Part shown: positions 1 through 8,113 of the stretch, piece after piece
Numbering within the stretch: the stretch's first letter is position 1
Layout of the letters: each line of letters begins with the position of its first letter
NCBI GenBank assembly: GCA_963667195.1
Contig: OY762962.1
Coordinates: 2,515,671 to 2,579,670, forward strand
From: Christensenellaceae bacterium
GTDB taxonomy: Bacteria > Bacillota > Clostridia > Christensenellales > CAG-138
Direction: 5' to 3'
DNA: 64,000 bases
Translations under genes and position numbers: made by a program
The notes under the pieces: model-generated
The model's database searches: none
The model's input: only the letters and a program-made list of their open reading frames with translations
What the model was told of the DNA's origin: nothing

Positions 1-69
1 CGCGTTTCTTCCCGCAGTTTGTGTAATCTTTGCCATTTGATTACCTCCTTGTATTCTTCAATCGAATGT

Positions 70-423
70 TCAAGCAAAATCTACATAGAAATTGACCCTG
101 TTCGGCAAGCTTTTTATCAACTCCAACGACCGATCCTCCAGGTGCCCGATCACCATCACGTTTCGATAATTATCAGATTGCTCTTCTCCGCCGTAAAGAA
201 TAGCGAACCAGCCGCGGCAGAGACAGAGATCTCCGTTTTTCCATCCGGTCTGTGTTTCCAATGGATCATAGATGCCGTTAGCAGCGGAGCAGCAGTAGTC
301 CGTGCCCGAATCCGAGCCGCTGAAACTGCACGGCAAACGTTTTGCAAATTCATTTGCCGCCAAAGTGTTGTTTAGCGTGGCATAAAGTATGACGTTGCCG
401 TCCGTAATGCAGATTTTTCTCAA
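70..423 (-). CDS. cyclophilin-like fold protein
   Basis: ATLNNTLAANEFAKRLP...NGDLCLC..W.AILYG...VIGHL pattern; TTG start after AGGTGG; divergent from TetR gene. Confidence 0.65.
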   Translation of the reverse strand: MRKICITDGNVILYATLNNTLAANEFAKRLPCSFSGSDSGTDYCCSAANGIYDPLETQTGWKNGDLCLCRGWFAILYGGEEQSDNYRNVMVIGHLEDRSLELIKSLPNRVNFYVDFA

Positions 424-562
424 ACGTATGAACCACCTGTTGCTTTATATCCTCGTGGATATTATGATTAAAATGCAAACAGATTTCTATCTTCAATTTG
501 CGACAAATAGGGCTTATGCCATCTTTTCAGGAAGATTGGATATTATGTAGGAGGAGGTTTGT

Positions 563-1147
563 ATGCCGCCGATTAAAAAGCCAGACTTACGAGTACAGAA
601 AACGAAAGAAGCGATATATACCGCGTTTCAGCAGATGATATGCGAAATGGATGCCAGCAAGATCACGATCAAAGAGTTGACCGACCGGGCAAAGATCCAC
701 TACAAGACCTTCTATCTGCATTATACCTGCATCGAAGCGTTGTTTGAGGACGTCATCGGTCAAATGCTTGAAGGATATTTCGAAGAGATCGATCGAATTC
801 CGATTGATGCGCCGTTTACGGAAACGAATCGGGTGTTTTTCGAGTTTATGGCAAAGCAGGAGCCGTATATGGAACGCGTCATAATGGAGCCAAGCTACAG
901 GGAATTTGCGGGTCGAGGGTTTCTCTCGATGATGCAGCACAATCGCGCAAGGCACAATCCGTATGCTGCTTTTTCGAAGGAGGAGCAGAACATCATTAAT
1001 ACCTATCTATGTACGACTTCGATCAACTTGTATCGTCAATGGATTGCGGATCACAAGGCGATTCCCCTGAAAGAAATGATTGAACTCTCCGGAACGCTGC
1101 TGAGCAATGGCATCAACGCGCTTGTAAAAGAACCAGTGCGGGGTTAA
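563..1147 (+). CDS. TetR/AcrR family transcriptional regulator
   Basis: DLRVQKTKEAI...ITIKELTDRAKIHYKTFYLHY HTH; SD AGGAGG. Confidence 0.9.
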   Translation: MPPIKKPDLRVQKTKEAIYTAFQQMICEMDASKITIKELTDRAKIHYKTFYLHYTCIEALFEDVIGQMLEGYFEEIDRIPIDAPFTETNRVFFEFMAKQEPYMERVIMEPSYREFAGRGFLSMMQHNRARHNPYAAFSKEEQNIINTYLCTTSINLYRQWIADHKAIPLKEMIELSGTLLSNGINALVKEPVRG

Positions 1148-1165
1148 GCGACGCCAAAAAAGAAT

Positions 1166-1202
1166 AAAACAAAAGGCCACCAAATGGTGACCTTTGTTTT
1201 TT
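1166..1202. terminator. bidirectional intrinsic terminator (TetR gene and original tRNA-Asn 3' end)
   Basis: AAAACAAAAGGCCACC-AAAT-GGTGACCTTTGTTTT hairpin with A and T tracts. Confidence 0.7.
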
Positions 1203-1248
1203 GGCTCCCCCTGTTGGACTCGAACCAACGACACTGCGGTTAACAGCC
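1198..1248. repeat. attachment core, left copy (3' part of tRNA-Asn)
   Basis: TTTTTGGCTCCCCCTGTTGGACTCGAACCAACGACACTGCGGTTAACAGCC identical to 38679-38729. Confidence 0.97.
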
Positions 1249-1352
1249 AAATATAAAAGATTCTTCTGAAAACACATGAACGAAAAATCCAGACTTTATG
1301 CGGAAATATCGACTGTGAACAGTCATGCGAGATCATACGGTATCAAAATAAA

Positions 1353-1370
1353 GTTGCCAAAAGGTTGCCA
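1353..1370. promoter_or_regulatory. putative integrase arm-type binding sites
   Basis: GTTGCCAAAAGGTTGCCA, 11-bp period, also present at 38594-38612; the copies would flank the core in attP. Confidence 0.65.
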
Positions 1371-2483
1371 TCATTTCTGCTGCGCAAACACCTTCTTAAT
1401 CTTCGTCGCGTTTTTGTTCTGCTTCTTCTCGCGCAGGTGCGTGTAGATCTGCTGCGTCGTTTTCGGATCGGAATGACCGAGCCATGTTTGTGCGGTGAGC
1501 ATGTCGACGTTAGCCTCGTAAAGCAATGTCGCGTAGTTGTGGCGGAAGTAGTGCGGCGTCAGAATGGATCCGACCGCATCGTGTTCGATGGAAGGATCCA
1601 CCGCGTAAAGCGCTTCCTGAAGCTTCGTCCAATGCCGTTCGTAGGTGGCTTTCGTCCAGAACTGTTTTGTGCGCGGCGCGCGGATCAGGTACCCGTTTCC
1701 GATCTCGCGACGCTTCTGAAGCATGGCGAGCAGTTCGTCCGGAATCGGAACCTCGCGCCTGGAAGCGGCGGTTTTCAGATCGCCGACGTCTCCGGTTTCA
1801 AAATCGATATCGCGTTTCACGGAAAGCATCTTGTTTGTGAAGTCGATATCCGACCATTGAAGCCCGAGCGCTTCGCCGCGGCGTAGCCCAGTGTAATACA
1901 GCAGCGCGAGCAGCAATGCGTCGGCATGCGATTTGATCAGCTGCAGCACGGCTTTGGTCTCGGCTTCCGTCAGCGCGCGGCGCTCATTCGGCGTCGCGGC
2001 CTGCGGCTTCTTCAGCGCGGCCGCTGGATCGCGGTCAATGATGCCCTGGGCGCACGCAAGCGCAAACACATTCTTCAGCACGCTGTAGACGTCTCCGATG
2101 ATCGTGCGGCTATATCCGGATTTGCTGTTCATGAAGTCCTGCAGATCCTGCGCGGTGATGGCGCGCATCTGCCGAAGAGCAAAGACCGGGAGGATATGAA
2201 CGTTGATCGCGGTGCGGTAGTTCGCCTTCGTGCTTTCGGAGATCCTGCGCCCGCCCTGCGCGGCCGCGCCGAGCTTGTAGGTATCGTACCAGGTAACGAC
2301 GAACTCGCCGAAGAGGATGTCGCGCCGGATCGCCACCGCGCCGTTGATATACGTGCGCCGCAGCTCTTCTTTGTTCGCCTCCAGCTCCTTCTTCGTGTAC
2401 CCGCTAGCCCACTTGATGATGGCGCCGTCTTCGTCATGACCTACCGTGATTTTTGCACGCAGGCGCTTTTTTTGTTTTGCCAT
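1371..2483 (-). CDS. tyrosine recombinase / phage integrase
   Basis: TGLRRGEALGL, HYFRHNYAT, LGHSD..TT.QIYTH catalytic motifs; adjacent to att. Confidence 0.97.
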   Translation of the reverse strand: MAKQKKRLRAKITVGHDEDGAIIKWASGYTKKELEANKEELRRTYINGAVAIRRDILFGEFVVTWYDTYKLGAAAQGGRRISESTKANYRTAINVHILPVFALRQMRAITAQDLQDFMNSKSGYSRTIIGDVYSVLKNVFALACAQGIIDRDPAAALKKPQAATPNERRALTEAETKAVLQLIKSHADALLLALLYYTGLRRGEALGLQWSDIDFTNKMLSVKRDIDFETGDVGDLKTAASRREVPIPDELLAMLQKRREIGNGYLIRAPRTKQFWTKATYERHWTKLQEALYAVDPSIEHDAVGSILTPHYFRHNYATLLYEANVDMLTAQTWLGHSDPKTTQQIYTHLREKKQNKNATKIKKVFAQQK

Positions 2484-2498
2484 ATTATCCTCCGAAGA

Positions 2499-3224
2499 TC
2501 AGCTTTCTGCTGGAGTTTCTTCCGCAGTTTGAGAAGCAGGGTCAACAATGATGGCGGCAGCATGCCAATCATCAATTTTCAAACAGTCGATAACGACAAC
2601 GTCATCTTTGCTTTTGATCTCAAATTCAAGTATTTGATACCGATAATCTCCATATCCATAAAATAATCGATGAAGACCAGGCTTTAATCCGACTGATCTC
2701 TCTTTTCCACTTGACAAATAATAAGTGTCCTTGTCTACATGCACGTCGAGAGAGTCAGGGGAAGCCGGCAACCCGAATTGTTCGCGTTCTTGGTCGGTCG
2801 GTATCAACAATCTTAATATGAGGTTTTTCTTTGCATTATCCTTTCTAGCAGTACGACTGAAAAAAAGCAAAGCAAAACCATATATGATGATGATTAATCC
2901 TTGACTTGTGTACCCCTGATAAACAAATGCAAGGACACAGAACAAGAAAACAAATACTGCGGCTATTATATACCGCAATCCAGACTTGCTAGGTGAAAGT
3001 CGTTCGCAAAGTGAAATAACTAGCAGAATGCCGTAAATAACGGGGGCAAGAATACAGATTAGGGAAATTCCACCTACAACGATAAATAACAGAATCTTCA
3101 AAATCCAATGAAATTTATCGTAGAAGGTTACTATCCAGTAAGCAAGCTTTGCTCCCAGCCACGACATAAAGTAAAAAGCAACCAACGAAAAAATTAATAA
3201 TAACCATGCAAGTAGCCGCTTCAT
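2499..3224 (-). CDS. AT-rich multi-pass membrane protein (possible lysogenic-conversion gene)
   Basis: about four hydrophobic helices then a soluble domain; between integrase and repressor. Confidence 0.7.
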   Translation of the reverse strand: MKRLLAWLLLIFSLVAFYFMSWLGAKLAYWIVTFYDKFHWILKILLFIVVGGISLICILAPVIYGILLVISLCERLSPSKSGLRYIIAAVFVFLFCVLAFVYQGYTSQGLIIIIYGFALLFFSRTARKDNAKKNLILRLLIPTDQEREQFGLPASPDSLDVHVDKDTYYLSSGKERSVGLKPGLHRLFYGYGDYRYQILEFEIKSKDDVVVIDCLKIDDWHAAAIIVDPASQTAEETPAES

Positions 3225-3284
3225 ACGAACCCCCTATATTATGTTGTTGATGATTTTCTCAACAATAACACAATATCTAGTACA

Positions 3285-3312
3285 TTGACAATCTCAATCT
3301 GTCTGCTACAAT
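3285..3312 (+). promoter_or_regulatory. sigma-A type promoter
   Basis: TTGACA-16 nt-TACAAT with TGn extension. Confidence 0.7.
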
Positions 3313-3317
3313 ATATG

Positions 3318-3331
3318 CAAACGCATGTTCG
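3318..3331. promoter_or_regulatory. LexA/DinR (SOS) box
   Basis: CAAAC-GCAT-GTTCG, one mismatch to Firmicute CGAAC-N4-GTTCG, overlapping predicted +1. Confidence 0.65.
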
Positions 3332-3384
3332 TATTATAGCACGTGCGCGGAATCTGTAAAGCACGAAAGAGTGAGGAGATCGGC

Positions 3385-3570
3385 ATGAAGGTGGTTTATC
3401 TGAGCATTCCAACGTTGGCGGACAAACGGAACATCATTATTGACGGAATACGGATTGTAAACACAGCTGCCCCCGCGAGCGGGATAATCCACGTATTCGA
3501 TCATGGGCGACCATGTGAGGAGATAGAAGAACAGATTCAGGAATTGAGGAAAGCAGAAGCCCCGCTGTAG
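3385..3570 (+). CDS. 61-aa protein, candidate SOS-inducible antirepressor
   Basis: SD GAGGAG, own promoter with SOS box, convergent with repressor; function inferred from context. Confidence 0.55.
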   Translation: MKVVYLSIPTLADKRNIIIDGIRIVNTAAPASGIIHVFDHGRPCEEIEEQIQELRKAEAPL

Positions 3571-3584
3571 CGGGGCTTTTTTTT
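3557..3584. terminator. terminator between convergent genes
   Basis: AAGCCCCGC-TGTA-GCGGGGCTT followed by T run. Confidence 0.8.
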
Positions 3585-4041
3585 ATGCTCGTTTGTCTTG
3601 AATTTCTTCTTCCTGCTGTCGGTCGTACTCGGCGAGCGCTTCGCGTGCGATTCGCGCGGTCCGGTCTCGGTCGGACTCTTCGGGCGGCTCGTCACCGGCG
3701 AGCTGGTGGGCCATTTGCTGAACAAGAATCTGCTGCTCGGGAGTCATGTCATGAATCATGCGTAGAAGACGGGTTTGAAACGCGTTCAGGTTGAGTTGCC
3801 TTGAAATGCTATCGATGGTATCGGAAGCGTCATCAAACATGTTCCCTTCACCAGATAGAAGCCAACCCTCACTTACACCAAATTCCATGCAGATCATCTT
3901 AACGAGCTTATCCGTTACCGATCTAGCTCCGGTTTCAAGGCTCGTTAGGTGTCCTTGCGAAACACATATTCGTTCTCCGAACTCGACCTGTGTTAAATTC
4001 AAGGCTTTTCGGAGCTCACGAATGCGCTCATTTACGGTCAT
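3583..4041 (-). CDS. XRE-family CI-like repressor without S24 peptidase domain
   Basis: ERIRELRKALNLTQVEFGERI...GVSEGWLLSGEG; SD GAGGTG before ATG 4041. Confidence 0.88.
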   Translation of the reverse strand: MTVNERIRELRKALNLTQVEFGERICVSQGHLTSLETGARSVTDKLVKMICMEFGVSEGWLLSGEGNMFDDASDTIDSISRQLNLNAFQTRLLRMIHDMTPEQQILVQQMAHQLAGDEPPEESDRDRTARIAREALAEYDRQQEEEIQDKRA

Positions 4042-4073
4042 ATTATTCACCTCGAATCGATGTTATCACATAA

Positions 4074-4155
4074 AATACATCAATGCAATATTTATTATTG
4101 CAAACCGTTGACATGAATACATAAAAGATGTATTATGATACTGCAAAACAGTATT
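4074..4155. promoter_or_regulatory. lysis/lysogeny switch: rightward promoter and three operator-like palindromes
   Basis: TTGACA(4108)-17-TATTAT(4131); AATACAT-N5-CAATATT (4074), AATACAT-N5-ATGTATT (4116), GATACTG-N5-CAGTATT (4137). Confidence 0.75.
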
Positions 4156-4177
4156 TTCACGAAAGCAGGTGAACAGA

Positions 4178-4336
4178 ATGGCACAGGAGCAAAAGAAGAC
4201 ACCGGAAGCGACCGAACAGGCAGCGCGCGAGCGGGATATCGGGGAAACGATGGCCCGCCTGAATGAGCGCCAGCAGGCGTTACTGGAAGGTTTTGCCATG
4301 GGGCTCATGGCGTGCGAAGTCAAACAGGCGGGGTAA
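4178..4336 (+). CDS. 52-aa first early gene (Cro position), not in ORF track
   Basis: SD AGGTG; MAQEQKKT...ACEVKQAG*. Confidence 0.6.
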   Translation: MAQEQKKTPEATEQAARERDIGETMARLNERQQALLEGFAMGLMACEVKQAG

Positions 4337-4358
4337 GGCAGAAAGGAAGCGAAATGCA

Positions 4359-4580
4359 ATGAGCGTGCGGAGATCGACATACAGAAGTAAAACGGAACCA
4401 TACGGAGCCGATTTCGTAGATGTGCTGCAAAGAGCAAAGAGATTTTATAAGGACGGGGTTTTTGAAATATATCCATTTGGAAATATCTTTTGCAGCAACC
4501 GAGAATCTGCCAGTTGCTTTTCTAAACCTGCCGGAGCGAGAACGTTTAAGAAAACAGACCACAAATGGGTCGAAATGTAA
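4359..4580 (+). CDS. hypothetical phage protein
   Basis: ORF with AAAGGA upstream in early operon. Confidence 0.4.
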   Translation: MSVRRSTYRSKTEPYGADFVDVLQRAKRFYKDGVFEIYPFGNIFCSNRESASCFSKPAGARTFKKTDHKWVEM

Positions 4581-4594
4581 AGGAGAGCGAGCAT

Positions 4595-4768
4595 ATGTTT
4601 TTTGACTATCGCGATTTCGCCGTAACTTTGAAGTTCGAGAGTGGGCGGAAGCAGACGATCAAAATAAGCGCGAGCGGATCAAGTGACGAAAATGCGAAGG
4701 AGCGCGCAATCAGAGATTGCTTGCGCAGATATCCTAATGCGACGCTTGTGAGCGCTGAAAAGAGGTAG
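4595..4768 (+). CDS. hypothetical phage protein
   Basis: SD AAGGAG; MFFDYRDFAVTLKFESG. Confidence 0.6.
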   Translation: MFFDYRDFAVTLKFESGRKQTIKISASGSSDENAKERAIRDCLRRYPNATLVSAEKR

Positions 4769-4891
4769 ATGTTATGACAATCGAGCAAGTTCGAGAAATC
4801 AATCGAAACTTTGAGAGTGATGATCAGACCCTGATCAGCTTCGAGTTTAGCACGGTGAATGCGTGCGAAGTCAAACAGGCGGGGTAATCAT

Positions 4892-5143
4892 ATGACGCAT
4901 GATGACGCAAGTCACCTGGTCAGAGAAACGGCAAAGAGCATTGAGAGCGGACAACTCGTATTGAGCGAGGACATGCGGAAAGCTTCTCCGGAATACTGCG
5001 AGACATACCGAAAAAATATTCCACAACTGCTTAAACTTGCTGCTGATCTCTTGGACGCAGCGGGTCAATCGTTTGAAGCGGACGCCAATCTGGATTTTCG
5101 AAAAACAGAAGCGTTAGATTGTGGCGGCAACGAGAACAGATAG
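4892..5143 (+). CDS. hypothetical phage protein
   Basis: ATG just after second 27-bp repeat. Confidence 0.5.
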   Translation: MTHDDASHLVRETAKSIESGQLVLSEDMRKASPEYCETYRKNIPQLLKLAADLLDAAGQSFEADANLDFRKTEALDCGGNENR

Positions 5144-5300
5144 GATCGCCGTTTAAATTTTCGCAACCATTGCACTCACGAGGGAACCAACGTTGAGCAG
5201 GTATCCACATGAGATCGATCGGCATCTTATAGACTACGCCGTGATCACGAGGGCAGTAAACAGAAATCGTAATCAAGTGCATTTGACCGTCAACAGGCAT
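5031..5300 (-). CDS. small Cys-rich putative Zn-binding protein, antisense to early operon
   Basis: SD AAAGGTGG; YCP, CNGC and CSRC motifs. Confidence 0.5.
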   Translation of the reverse strand: MPVDGQMHLITISVYCPRDHGVVYKMPIDLMWIPAQRWFPRECNGCENLNGDPICSRCRHNLTLLFFENPDWRPLQTIDPLRPRDQQQV

Positions 5301-5447
5301 AAGAACACCACCTTTCACGCAGATTATACCACGTACAGGAGTAATACACCATGCGAGAGATTGACCAAGCCATCATCATTGCCAGCGCGATCGTCATTGC
5401 GATTGGCGTGCTCATGGCGATGCTGATCACCGGCTGAGGAGTAGCGT

Positions 5448-5810
5448 ATGGCAGAGACAAAGAACCCGCAAAACCTTGCAAATCTCGATTATGACGCGAT
5501 GCATCAGCTGCTATCCACCGTAATCAACGGCATGCAGGAGACGGCATCCGCGGTGCAATCGCTCGTAAGCCAACTGAACGCGGCAAAGAAGAGCAGCTCG
5601 GTCGGCGAGCAGTGGGCGCTGACCTATGGCGAAACGCTGACGAAGGCGGCGGCGGCAAAAATGCTTGGCATAAGTAAGAATCACCTTGTCAAGCTGGTCA
5701 GCGAGGGCGGTATCAAGCAAACGCCTGACGGCCGGATCGTCGTTCGATCCGCTGCCGAGTGGGCGAACAGCGTGAGTGTGAAATCTCGCGGAAAGAAGTA
5801 TCAAGTTTAA
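5448..5810 (+). CDS. excisionase-like HTH DNA-binding protein
   Basis: LTKAAAAKMLGISKNHLVKLVSEGGI; SD GAGGAG. Confidence 0.7.
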   Translation: MAETKNPQNLANLDYDAMHQLLSTVINGMQETASAVQSLVSQLNAAKKSSSVGEQWALTYGETLTKAAAAKMLGISKNHLVKLVSEGGIKQTPDGRIVVRSAAEWANSVSVKSRGKKYQV

Positions 5811-5828
5811 TGCAAAGGAGCACCGACC

Positions 5829-6089
5829 ATGCAACAGTTGCGAAAAGACAAGGCAGCGCAGAACAAGAAGCTGATCACGCTGGAGGACTGGCAGGACTTT
5901 GAAAACGTCAAGCCCTTCGTCGTTGCGGTTGTGATCGAGATCAAGCCAGGGTTCGGGAAGCGCGTTTCGTTCGGGTTTGACAAGCAGGAGGAAGCGAGCA
6001 AGGCGTTTGACGATCTTGTGACCGGCGAAAAGAATTTCGCAGATTTCCGCAAGTACCTGAATGACCAGTTCCACGCAAGGTACCTATGA
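5829..6089 (+). CDS. hypothetical phage protein
   Basis: SD AAGGAG, clean ORF. Confidence 0.7.
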   Translation: MQQLRKDKAAQNKKLITLEDWQDFENVKPFVVAVVIEIKPGFGKRVSFGFDKQEEASKAFDDLVTGEKNFADFRKYLNDQFHARYL

Positions 6090-6098
6090 CAACGGCGT

Positions 6099-6187
6099 GC
6101 AGATTTGTCCGAGTGGTTTAAGGAGTCGGCTTTGAACTCCGATGATGCCGCAAGGCACCGCAGGTTCGAATCCTGCAATCTGCGCCA
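6099..6187 (+). tRNA. prophage tRNA-Ser(TGA)
   Basis: acceptor GCAGATT/AATCTGC, loop TT-TGA-AC, long variable arm TGCC-GCAA-GGCA, TTCGAAT, G discriminator + CCA. Confidence 0.88.
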
Positions 6188-6248
6188 TGCGCACGCGGTT
6201 GCGCGGCCACTCCGCCGGTTTTGCGCGATTTATCCGAAAACAATTGCG

Positions 6249-6385
6249 GCAAAGCGTCCCCCGGCGCTTTGCGATGGGCTGAGAGAGACGGGAACCAACC
6301 GCAAGCACCGCGGTGAAGCCCGCGCAGCTGGCAGAGCTGCTCCCATCGCAAAACGCCGGAAGGCAAAAATAACAGAGGTAAACAC
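6249..6385 (+). ncRNA. repeated structured leader element, copy 1
   Basis: 6263-6278 pairs with 6342-6357; see findings. Confidence 0.55.
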
Positions 6386-6425
6386 ATGGATTTGTTTTAT
6401 CCGTTTGACTATTCGAGATTTATCC

Positions 6426-6500
6426 GCGGGTGTAGCGCAACGGTAGCGCATCGGACTTCCAAGCCGAGGGCTACGGGTTCAAATCCCGCCGCCCGCTCCA
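6426..6500 (+). tRNA. prophage tRNA-Gly(TCC)
   Basis: GCGGGTG/CGCCCGC acceptor, CT-TCC-AA loop, TTCAAAT, T + CCA; A.G and A.C mismatches in anticodon and T stems. Confidence 0.85.
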
Positions 6501-6696
6501 ACTCGGCAACCATCTCGACTCACTCAACTGGAGCGCGGGACGCGCAACGCGAAGGCTGTAGATAGGGCTCTCCTGTTGTGCCCGCCCCGAAACGACAGGC
6601 GCTGCGGCGATCCGCTGGAAGAAATCATGCCGAGTTATTTGAACGTCGAATTGTTTTACACATAACGAACGCCGCGCTCTGCAGGGCGCGGCACAC

Positions 6697-6772
6697 GGGT
6701 CATTAGCTCAGTTGGCAGAGCATCCGGCTTTTAATCGGAAGTTCCTTGGTTCGAATCCGAGATGACCCACCA
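6697..6772 (+). tRNA. prophage tRNA-Lys(TTT)
   Basis: GGGTCAT/ATGACCC, CT-TTT-AA, TTCGAAT, ACCA; 76 nt. Confidence 0.93.
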
Positions 6773-6860
6773 AACCCGATGAGCGCCCTATGTAGGCATT
6801 GGTTAACGGAAGCTAAGGGATTTCGGGACGCAGTATACCCGATGGCTTCCAAAAACTGCG

Positions 6861-7024
6861 ACAAAGCGCTTCGGCGCTTTGTGATGCAGAAATCGTGAAT
6901 GCGACCCCGCAGTGAGACTCAGACGCTCAGCGGAAGACAGACGCAAGCACACGCGCGCAGGAACAACGCGCCTTCTGCATCACAAAACGCCGGAAGGCGA
7001 AAAGAAGAAAGGAGGGAATTGACC
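6861..7024 (+). ncRNA. repeated structured leader element, copy 2
   Basis: 6873-6891 pairs with 6973-6991. Confidence 0.55.
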
Positions 7025-7258
7025 ATGGAAAAACCCGATCGTGAAATGACCGAAGAAGAAAAACGCTTACAGCGGGAACAGGAAGAGCGCAGATCCAGAG
7101 TAGAGCGGGCAGCGGTTCAGATCGCTACTGTCGCTGTTCAATCGGGGCTCGGCGCGCGTGACTTCGAGTGGGCGTGCGATGCCGCAAAGGATCATCTTGT
7201 TTTTGCCAAACGCGAACCGATTTCTGGTGAAGCTCTGGGCGGAAATCGTCCTGGCTGA
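7025..7258 (+). CDS. hypothetical phage protein
   Basis: SD AAAGGAGG; MEKPDREMTEEE. Confidence 0.7.
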   Translation: MEKPDREMTEEEKRLQREQEERRSRVERAAVQIATVAVQSGLGARDFEWACDAAKDHLVFAKREPISGEALGGNRPG

Positions 7259-7266
7259 CCTGTACA

Positions 7267-7395
7267 GCAAAGCGCTCCGGCGCTTTGCGATGGGCGTTCG
7301 AAATCAAGTCTGACCGTTACCAGCGGCGGCAGCTGCAAGGCTATCGGAACCCATCGCAAAACGCCGAAAACGGCGAAATAGAAAGAAGGAGCAGT
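7267..7395 (+). ncRNA. repeated structured leader element, copy 3
   Basis: 7279-7294 pairs with 7350-7365. Confidence 0.55.
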
Positions 7396-8085
7396 ATGAA
7401 CAGGTATATCGAATCCAAAGCGTCGGTGACAGCAATCCAGTTCTGGAACACTGAAAGCTGCATGGAAGAGCTGAAGCAGCTCGGCGTAGAACCGATCAAC
7501 ATCCGGATCAAGGACGGAACCCCGCGGCTCATTCTCAATAGCATTTTGTTCGGTGAAATGGAAGCAAAAGAAGGCGATTACGTCGTGAAGACTGACGGAG
7601 ACGCAGGCGGCATAACTCTTGCGGCTTCGAAATTCGATTTCGAAAATAAATATCGCGTTTATGAAGCGTCTGAAGAAGCAGACTCGGAACCGGAGGCCCC
7701 TTCATCCGATTACCCCCGCAACCGTATTCTGAACGCGTTCCCGCGTCCGGATGCGCTGAACGAGATCTATTCAACCGGAGAAGTCGACCACCGCGGCGTG
7801 CCTGTGAACTACTCCATCTGGCGCGGAAATCACTCCATCATGGGCTTGACGGGGATCCTGTTCCAGAACGGCATTCCGGGCGATTTTCATGATCCTGAAT
7901 TGCAGGAGGGCGTCGAGGACACGGATCTGCTCGAGATGGTTCACGATCGATTGGTGCAGCTGCAAGATTACGTTGAAAATGGCGAGTGGATCGTGCAGGC
8001 GATCCTGTCCATCGAAGTGGCAATCAAGAACATTCTTGCGTACCAAGCGTTTTGCCGCGACATCGGAGACAACAGCGGCTGCTGA
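7396..8085 (+). CDS. two-domain protein: PGDYG/Acb4-like N-terminus fused to Tad1-like domain
   Basis: VTAIQF...GEMEAKEGDYVVK...FENKY; acidic linker; LNEIY...ILFQNG...QEGVEDTDLLEMVHDRL resembles Tad1 as recalled. Confidence 0.6.
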   Translation: MNRYIESKASVTAIQFWNTESCMEELKQLGVEPINIRIKDGTPRLILNSILFGEMEAKEGDYVVKTDGDAGGITLAASKFDFENKYRVYEASEEADSEPEAPSSDYPRNRILNAFPRPDALNEIYSTGEVDHRGVPVNYSIWRGNHSIMGLTGILFQNGIPGDFHDPELQEGVEDTDLLEMVHDRLVQLQDYVENGEWIVQAILSIEVAIKNILAYQAFCRDIGDNSGC

Positions 8086-8113
8086 CTTCCCGCCGCGCAC
8101 GCGCGCGGCACAT

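Larger units (their letters stand above)
4310..4887 (+). repeat. 27-bp direct repeat (4310-4336 and 4861-4887)
   Basis: GCGTGCGAAGTCAAACAGGCGGGGTAA exact twice. Confidence 0.95.

Noticed and set aside
1198..1248. Second tRNA-Asn gene
   Set aside because: Only the 3' part is present; it is the att duplication.
6099..6187. Selenocysteine or suppressor tRNA
   Set aside because: Anticodon is TGA (reads UCA, Ser), with a 7-bp acceptor stem.
6105..6451. ORF-track ORFs across the tRNA cluster
   Set aside because: They overlap clear tRNAs and structured RNA and lack credible RBS or composition.
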